35,030 bases of DNA from the NCBI GenBank assembly GCA_964434475.1, contig CAYSVS010000009.1, forward strand, positions 1-35,030. The letters run 5' to 3'. The stretch comes from an uncultured Methanosarcinales archaeon. Its GTDB lineage: Archaea; Nanobdellota; Nanobdellia; Woesearchaeales; CAYSVS01. The first letter of the stretch is position 1; each line of letters opens with the position of its first letter. The notes under the pieces were generated by a model. It made no database searches. It was not told the DNA's origin and worked only from the letters and a program-made list of their open reading frames with translations. The translations under genes were made by a program, and so were the position numbers. Shown here piece by piece: positions 28,642 through 35,030 of the stretch.

Positions 28642-30786
28642 CTATCTGACTTTTCCTTTTACTACTATCTTGGTCTTGATCTCTTCTGTATCTGTTTTTA
28701 GTTTCTCTTTGTTGAACAGTACTTCTTTATTTTTCACTTCTAGTTTATTTTCAAACATTTCATCTATGGTAATTTCTTTGTCATATATTTTTTGTTCCTC
28801 AACAAAAACTTGGTCTCCTGGGTGTGAATGGTGAAGTTCTATAATTTCAACATTGTTTTTGTCTTCAGCTGCCAAAAGCATGCCCTGGCTTTCTACTCCT
28901 CTAAGTTTTGCTGGCTTAAGGTTAGTTACTATTATTATTTTTTTTCCTATAAGTTCTTCTGGTTTATAGTATTTTTTAAGACCAGCAACCAATTGTTTTT
29001 GTTCTTCTCCTAGGTTTGTCTTTAAAATATATAGTTTGTCTGCATCAGGATGGTCGTTTACTTCGAGTATTTCTGCTACTTTAAGATTAGCATTCATTTC
29101 TTTTTTTTCTTTTTTCTGCTTTCCAGCATATTTCTGCTTGAATTCCTCTACTTGCTCATCTTCTAATTTATCAAATAAGATTCTTGGTGGGTTTGTCTTA
29201 TGTCCTTTTTCTATCTCCATATAACCTAAGTTGATCCAATGCAGTTTTTTTTCTGGCATGCCTATCTGTGCTCTTATCCTTTTTGCTGTGTTGGGCATGT
29301 ATGGTTCGATAAGTATAGACAAATCTTTTACAATATTTGCCAGAACATTCATTGTTGTGTCTGCTCTTTTCTTGTTTTCCTTGAACGCTTTCCATGGCTC
29401 GTTTTCCTGGAAATATTGGTTTCCTAGCCTGGATATGGACATGATCTCTCTGAGTGCTTCTTTTAGTTTTATCTGTTCAAGTAATCGCTTGACCTTTTCC
29501 TCTCTCTGTTTAACTTTTTCTATGAATTCATTGTCTTTTGGTTCGATGTTAGCTTCTGGTATTATGTCTTCATAAAACCTGTGAATGAAGCTTATTGTCC
29601 TGTTTACAAGATTGCCTATATTAGCGACAAGCTCATTGTTTATCTTGTCTTGAAAATCATTCCATGTGAATTCTGTGTCTGTCTTTTCAGGACGGTTTGT
29701 CATAATGTAATATCTATATGCATCTGCAGATATTCCTGAATTCATAGCATCGTCTCCAAAGATACCTGTGCCTCTGGATTTTGAAAACTGTCCTGATTCA
29801 TAGTTCATGTATTCATTGCTTGATATCTGGTCTAAAAGAGTGTAGTTGTCTCTTGTTCCGATGAGGAATGCAGGAAACATAATTGTATGGAAGGGAATGT
29901 TGTCTTTGCCCATGAATTGCACTAGTTTGATCTTTTCTGGATTGTGCCACCATTTTTTCCACTCTTCTTTACATTGTTTAGTTATGGATATATATCCTAT
30001 TGGTGCGTCAAACCAGCAATAGAAAACTTTTTGTTCATATCCTTTTTTTGGAACAGGGATTCCCCATCTTATGTCTCTTGTTATGGCTCTTGGTTTTAGG
30101 CCTTCTTTAAGCCATGCATTTGTCATTGTTTTTGCATTGTTGCTCCAGTCTTCGCTAGCTTCATCTACCCATTTTTTTATTTCTGGTTCGAGCTTTGGCA
30201 AGTCAATGAACAAGTGTTTTGTTTTTCTTATTATGGGTTTATTATTGCATATCTTGCATCTTGGTTCTTTCAGTTCAGTAGGGTTAAGTAATTTACCGCA
30301 GCTTTCACATTGGTCCCCTCTAGCTTCTTTATATTCGCAGTAAGGACAAATTCCAACAACAAATCTGTCTGCAAGAAATCTTTTATCGTGTTCGCAAAAA
30401 AATTGTTCTGTTTCCTGTTCGAAAATAAATTCTTTTTTTTCTAGTTTGTTGAAAATGTCTATGGCTATCTCATGGTTTGCTTTGTCGCTAGTTCTTCCAA
30501 AACAGTCAAAGTCGCAGTTGAACCATTCATAAATTTCCTTTTGTAATTTGAAATACTTATCGCATATTTCTTTTGGTGTTACACCTTCTTCAACAGCTTT
30601 AGTCTCTGTTGCTGTGCCGTGTTCGTCTGTACCGCATACATAAATGTTAGGAATCTTTCTTAACTTAAGGAATCTGCTGTAAACATCTGCTGATAATACG
30701 CACACCATAGTACCTAAGTGAGGAACATTGTTAACATATGGGAGTGCGCTTGTTACCAAAATTTTCTTTTTTTTCGTTTCTTTCAT
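28642..30786 (-). CDS. metG: Methionine--tRNA ligase with C-terminal tRNA-binding domain
   Basis: TSALPYVNNVPHLG, GTDEHG, zinc knuckles, ITRD..WGIPVP, WFDAPIGY, GKDNIPFH, FSKSRG, HPDADKL...NLKPAKLRGVESQGMLLA. Confidence 0.98.
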   Translation of the reverse strand: MKETKKKKILVTSALPYVNNVPHLGTMVCVLSADVYSRFLKLRKIPNIYVCGTDEHGTATETKAVEEGVTPKEICDKYFKLQKEIYEWFNCDFDCFGRTSDKANHEIAIDIFNKLEKKEFIFEQETEQFFCEHDKRFLADRFVVGICPYCEYKEARGDQCESCGKLLNPTELKEPRCKICNNKPIIRKTKHLFIDLPKLEPEIKKWVDEASEDWSNNAKTMTNAWLKEGLKPRAITRDIRWGIPVPKKGYEQKVFYCWFDAPIGYISITKQCKEEWKKWWHNPEKIKLVQFMGKDNIPFHTIMFPAFLIGTRDNYTLLDQISSNEYMNYESGQFSKSRGTGIFGDDAMNSGISADAYRYYIMTNRPEKTDTEFTWNDFQDKINNELVANIGNLVNRTISFIHRFYEDIIPEANIEPKDNEFIEKVKQREEKVKRLLEQIKLKEALREIMSISRLGNQYFQENEPWKAFKENKKRADTTMNVLANIVKDLSILIEPYMPNTAKRIRAQIGMPEKKLHWINLGYMEIEKGHKTNPPRILFDKLEDEQVEEFKQKYAGKQKKEKKEMNANLKVAEILEVNDHPDADKLYILKTNLGEEQKQLVAGLKKYYKPEELIGKKIIIVTNLKPAKLRGVESQGMLLAAEDKNNVEIIELHHSHPGDQVFVEEQKIYDKEITIDEMFENKLEVKNKEVLFNKEKLKTDTEEIKTKIVVKGKVR

Positions 30787-30810
30787 TTTATATTGGCGTT
30801 ATAGTTTGTT

Positions 30811-30818
30811 TATATAAA
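30811..30818 (-). promoter_or_regulatory. Candidate TATA box for metG
   Basis: TTTATATA about 25 nt upstream of the ATG at 30786. Confidence 0.5.
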
Positions 30819-30940
30819 TTTAACTAAGGTTTAGGAATTATGGTGTTTAGAATAATTGTATTTCAAGATGATTTTATATGAAATAAAAATGTTTATATAG
30901 GATTTATTTTATATTACCTGTAATGATAAGATTAAGTGTG

Positions 30941-31687
30941 ATGCTTAGAAAGAGATCTCAGATAACTGCTTTCATCATCGTAGGATTGGTGATTGTTTTA
31001 TTGTTCGGATTATTGATGTATATCCAATCTGCAAGAGAGGAATATCATATTAAAGAAAGCATATTCGACACTTCTGAGATTGAGTATTACATACAGTTGA
31101 GCATAGATCAGGCAGCAGAGGATAGTTTGCTGTTTACTGGATTGATGGGCGGCAATTATGATTTGAATAGGACTTATGATACTGAAACTTATTTTGTCAA
31201 TTATCTATATGATGGACAAGTCAGCTATCTGCCTTCTTTAGATAGGATTGAGGAAGATATGGAAGCTTTTGTAGATTATGTCTTGCCTTTTTACATCAAT
31301 CTGGCTGTTTTTGAGGAAAAAGGGTATGATATTAAGTTAGGCAATGTGAGCACTGATGTTGTTATTACTCAAAATGCGGTTGATTTTATAGTAGATTATC
31401 CTATATCTGTTGAGATGGGAGATAGAAAGAAAACTCTTGAAAAATTTAAGACAACATTTGATGTAAGATTGGGCTATATTTATCATGTTGCAGAGAATAT
31501 AGTAAACCAACAGTTTGAAGATCCAGGATGGATCGATGTTACTTATCTTGATGGACTTAAGGCTATGCAGAGTGATCTATCTTATCTATCAGAAGATACT
31601 GTATTATTTGCTTTGCAGGATAAGCTGTCTGAAAAGCCATTTTATTTTATATTTGTATTGAAACTAGGTGATAAGATTGAAGCATAG
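30941..31687 (+). CDS. Short member of the class III signal (prepilin-like) family; start 30923 or 30941
   Basis: RKRS|QITAFIIVGLVIVLLFGLLMYI; shares G..GG and downstream motifs with the two long paralogs. Confidence 0.83.
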   Translation: MLRKRSQITAFIIVGLVIVLLFGLLMYIQSAREEYHIKESIFDTSEIEYYIQLSIDQAAEDSLLFTGLMGGNYDLNRTYDTETYFVNYLYDGQVSYLPSLDRIEEDMEAFVDYVLPFYINLAVFEEKGYDIKLGNVSTDVVITQNAVDFIVDYPISVEMGDRKKTLEKFKTTFDVRLGYIYHVAENIVNQQFEDPGWIDVTYLDGLKAMQSDLSYLSEDTVLFALQDKLSEKPFYFIFVLKLGDKIEA

Positions 31688-33293
31688 GGTTATTTTGGCA
31701 TTGTTTTTTGTGTTATTATTATTAGGAACTGTAATAGCTCCAGGAGAGATGAGTGCAGACGAATTTGCAGAGATTCAGACTCCTACTGCAGAAGACTTGG
31801 CCAAAATCGAAAATCCTGTTGTTGACCAATTTGATAGGCTTTCAGGAGCAGAGAAAGACAAGTATGTTGAGGAAAATACTGGTAAATGCCCTAGTTGTGC
31901 AAATGAACATTTAAGCCATAAATTTGACTGTGATGTTAATGTTGGTAATGGTGAAGATGTAAACGTAGATGGCAGCAAGATTACAAACACTGGATCTGAT
32001 CCTTCTGTGACTATTGACCTTAATAATCTAAAAGGTGCAGATATTACTAAAACACCAAGCGGATGGAACATTAAAGGTACTTCTACAGGTAGTAAGACAA
32101 ACACATTTGCAGGGAGCATATCTGATATCAAGCTTGATAATAATGGTAATCTTATCGTGGATGTTGAGCCTGGAAAAACTGCTGTTGTCAACGGAGGTCA
32201 GATTAAAGCGAATGGATTCACAAAGTTTGTGATTGAGAATGGAAATATAAAAGCAGCAGGGTTTTCCCCTCAAGAAGGTGCACCTGCTTTTGAAGTTGCT
32301 TTTAAAGACGGAACAACATTGGTTGCTCAATCAGGCGGTGCTGTCGAGTTTAATTCTGATTTGGATAGATTAGATTATCTGTCTTCTGGTGTTGAGGTTA
32401 GTTTTTCAAAGTCTGATGATTTTAGCGGTAAGATAGGCATACAAGGTGGAAGCGCTATATTCAATCATGATGAGTATGGTTTAGAAAGTTTTGAATTAAC
32501 CGGAGATGTTAATGATTTTGAATGGCATTATGATATTAATTATCCTGAAGAAAAAATAGTTTTCAAAGATATTGATTTTAAGGAGTCTTTTAAAGGAGGG
32601 CGGTTTGCAGATAATGCGCATATTCCTAAAAAAACTAACTTTGCAATACAATCTGATGGCGCCCATGCAATAATCTTTGACAATGTTGAAGATCAATTGG
32701 TTTATGACTATAGAGGATTAGACTATAAGGCAAATATTGATGACTTAGGAAAAATAAATCTTGCAGTTGACCAGTCAACTGGTTATTATGGTTCAAGATT
32801 AGCAGAAGATTCCGTATTAACATATGGCTGGAAAGATATGTATTGGGATGGAGAAGATTGGCAGATTGAGAACTATTGGAAGGGTTCTGATAAGGTACAC
32901 TCTGCATATAAAAATAAAGAATATATTGATGCTATGGGTTTTGCGCTTTACTCAGATACTGTGCCTTTACCTCCTCAAAACATAGGTTATCAAGATTTTA
33001 CTGAAACTATAGATATATCTGCTTCTCAAACATCTGCTCCTGGATCAGATATACTTCTTTCTGATAGAAAACCAGGAGATAAGATGACATTAAATAAGGT
33101 TGCATGGCAGAAAGTGCATAATTATTTTAAGGGAACTGATAATGATGATACTGAATCTAATTTTATATCTGATTTGATGTCTTATTTATTTGGGCCTACT
33201 GGAATGAGAGCTAAAACAAATGGTGGTGTTAGTTTTTTTGATAAGCCTAAAAGATTTGTTGAAGGTCTACATGAAAGTAAAAATAAGAATTAA
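31668..33293 (+). CDS. Secreted acidic, Gly/Asn/Asp-rich protein
   Basis: Signal RVILALFFVLLLLGTVIA; overlaps the upstream gene. Confidence 0.83.
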   Translation: MIRLKHRVILALFFVLLLLGTVIAPGEMSADEFAEIQTPTAEDLAKIENPVVDQFDRLSGAEKDKYVEENTGKCPSCANEHLSHKFDCDVNVGNGEDVNVDGSKITNTGSDPSVTIDLNNLKGADITKTPSGWNIKGTSTGSKTNTFAGSISDIKLDNNGNLIVDVEPGKTAVVNGGQIKANGFTKFVIENGNIKAAGFSPQEGAPAFEVAFKDGTTLVAQSGGAVEFNSDLDRLDYLSSGVEVSFSKSDDFSGKIGIQGGSAIFNHDEYGLESFELTGDVNDFEWHYDINYPEEKIVFKDIDFKESFKGGRFADNAHIPKKTNFAIQSDGAHAIIFDNVEDQLVYDYRGLDYKANIDDLGKINLAVDQSTGYYGSRLAEDSVLTYGWKDMYWDGEDWQIENYWKGSDKVHSAYKNKEYIDAMGFALYSDTVPLPPQNIGYQDFTETIDISASQTSAPGSDILLSDRKPGDKMTLNKVAWQKVHNYFKGTDNDDTESNFISDLMSYLFGPTGMRAKTNGGVSFFDKPKRFVEGLHESKNKN

Positions 33294-33295
33294 TT

Positions 33296-33766
33296 TCACA
33301 TAAACAAGTTAAATATATTATAGATAACTGCATCGTAATTGTATAAACAAAGACCATAGACAAATGCATTTCCTGTGTTTGATAATCCTATTGCAGTATA
33401 GTCTGCTGCTTTTTTAGCTTTTCCAGATAAGTGTTTATCGCTAAATTTAGATACTGCTTTTCCTAGGCCGTATCCTATTCCGTTTAATATTGCAGATGTT
33501 GCCATAATGTGCATAAGACTTTCTCCAGATCCTATTATCAAGCCTTCTGCTATGCCGTGATTAGCCATATAATCTTTGAATACTTCACTAGTTTCGCATC
33601 CTATTCCATCTCTATTGCAGATTTTGTATGTTGTGATTACATCCAGTGTTTTTATTGCAAACATCAATCCATTTGAGTACCAATAATGCTTAGTTTTTTC
33701 TAGAAATGTATTTGATTTACTTTGCGGTTTATCAACGACTTCCTCTAGAGTTTTTCCTTGTTCCAT
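33296..33766 (-). CDS. Hypothetical membrane-associated protein
   Basis: LDVITTY...G...E motif followed by Gly-rich hydrophobic helices. Confidence 0.7.
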   Translation of the reverse strand: MEQGKTLEEVVDKPQSKSNTFLEKTKHYWYSNGLMFAIKTLDVITTYKICNRDGIGCETSEVFKDYMANHGIAEGLIIGSGESLMHIMATSAILNGIGYGLGKAVSKFSDKHLSGKAKKAADYTAIGLSNTGNAFVYGLCLYNYDAVIYNIFNLFM

Positions 33767-33839
33767 ATGCTGTTTGTTAGATGAATTACCTTTATAAAAC
33801 TAACTGTTTTTTAATTACTCATTAGTTGTTAATTTATGC

Positions 33840-34994
33840 TTGAATAAGAACTGTTCTGTTATTGAAATAATAGATAAAAAAAGGAAAATGAATAAAAGCA
33901 AAAACTCTAAGCAGAAAATAAAAAACGCCAAAGACCTAAGAGGAGTATATGGAGATGGAAGTGGAGTTGATTTTGATAAGAACCAGAAAACCATCGTACA
34001 TAACGGTCAAAAACTTAATCTTGATGATGTAAAGGGAGCAGAAGTTACTAAAGTATCGGATGGATGGAAGGTTAGTTTTCCTAAAGGTGATGCTAAATCT
34101 TTGAATGTGGGCAGCGATAGTTTCAATATTCCTAAAGGAACAGATGTTGAAATATCTGATTCTGCAGGCGGTAAGATAATAAAGACTGGAACTGGGAAAA
34201 CTCTTGAAGTCAGCACACTCAAAGGAAAGATTTCCATCGAACCAAACACCCAAATGTCTTATAAGTCTTCTGTCAGTGATACAGAAGTTTATGTCTCTAA
34301 GGGAAAAGCAACATTTTCAAATGATCATCTTGAGTCTGCTATAGGTAATCAAGGAAAAGGTAATTTTTATGGGAGCGGAGAGTCTCAAACTTTTAAAATA
34401 GATGGAGAGAACAATGATCTTTCATTAAAATTTAATGAAGACAAAATAAATGTCGATTACGAAGCAGATTCTTTTAAAGGAAGATTATCTTTGGATGGCT
34501 CAAGTAAGGTAGATCTAAGTCAGGATTATGGTTTAATTTTGACCAAAGGTAAAAATGACTTAGGAGAAGAACAATATAGGTGTATTGTAAAAGGATTGGA
34601 TAATCAAAACAAGGTTAATTTTGAACATGGAGGATATAAATATAGTGTAGGAGAGAAAGCAGAGATAAATTATGGATCTATTTTCGGCGAGCCTACAAAG
34701 ATAAGTTTTTTAGGTTCTTCTGGTAATATAGGTGGTGTTGATTATGATCCTTTAAAAGATATTTTTGTTGATAAAGCAGGTTCACCTCTTGAGACTGAAG
34801 CCTTCAAAGAGAAATTTGATGTTGTAAGGGCGTATTTCAATAATGGAAGAATTGATAGTGTAAGCGGTAAATCTGATGTTTCAACTGGTGCTTTGGTAAC
34901 AACAGGATTGGAAATGATGGGTGAAGCTGTAGTAGAAGTTTTAAAATATCCTTTTAGGTTGTTGGATAAAATGTTTTCAGAGAACTTTGCATAA
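33840..34994 (+). CDS. Paralog of the 31668-33293 protein without an evident signal peptide (first ATG at 33888)
   Basis: GDGSGVDFD...LNLDDVKGAEVTKVSDGWKV aligns with GNGEDVNVD...IDLNNLKGADITKTPSGWNI. Confidence 0.75.
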   Translation: MNKNCSVIEIIDKKRKMNKSKNSKQKIKNAKDLRGVYGDGSGVDFDKNQKTIVHNGQKLNLDDVKGAEVTKVSDGWKVSFPKGDAKSLNVGSDSFNIPKGTDVEISDSAGGKIIKTGTGKTLEVSTLKGKISIEPNTQMSYKSSVSDTEVYVSKGKATFSNDHLESAIGNQGKGNFYGSGESQTFKIDGENNDLSLKFNEDKINVDYEADSFKGRLSLDGSSKVDLSQDYGLILTKGKNDLGEEQYRCIVKGLDNQNKVNFEHGGYKYSVGEKAEINYGSIFGEPTKISFLGSSGNIGGVDYDPLKDIFVDKAGSPLETEAFKEKFDVVRAYFNNGRIDSVSGKSDVSTGALVTTGLEMMGEAVVEVLKYPFRLLDKMFSENFA

Positions 34995-35030
34995 TTGCTG
35001 TTTAGCTTAGCTTTTTAGATTAATTGCACA
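34978..35030 (-). repeat. Right copy of the 53-bp inverted repeat
   Basis: Exact reverse complement of 3-55. Confidence 0.97.

Noticed and set aside
11079..34253. Many short ORFs antisense to or nested in the large genes
   Set aside because: They overlap better-supported genes and show shadow-frame composition.
10913..34994. Diversity-generating retroelement acting on the surface proteins
   Set aside because: No reverse transcriptase, and no adenine-mismatched template/variable repeat pair noticed by eye; targeting in trans cannot be excluded.
1..35030. Complete linear virus, plasmid or Borg-like element with terminal inverted repeats
   Set aside because: Contains ribosomal proteins, metG and kae1; no recognisable replication, capsid or terminal protein genes.

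Overview
AT-rich chromosomal segment of an archaeon. The eS19/eL39/eL31 ribosomal proteins, Kae1, archaeal Lhr, GGTGA RBSs and TTTATATA boxes show this. The gene style suggests a DPANN lineage such as Woesearchaeota, which is an inference. Left part (0.4-10.8 kb): ribosomal proteins, a degenerate QueD-like protein, an Lhr helicase, a bacterial-type long RelA/SpoT homolog, Kae1 and an RlmN-like radical SAM enzyme. Centre (10.9-27.5 kb): a 16.6-kb, tightly coupled seven-gene minus-strand operon of unannotated surface proteins. It is built from a repeated module: membrane protein, then class III (prepilin-type) signal protein, then giant Cys-rich exoprotein. Right part: HAD nucleotidase, metG, a third prepilin-like/exoprotein pair and a signal-less paralog of that exoprotein. 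The window ends are an exact 53-bp inverted repeat. The best candidate for an undescribed system is the prepilin-like plus giant exoprotein operon, possibly a host-contact apparatus. All assignments come from motif reading by eye; no searches were run.
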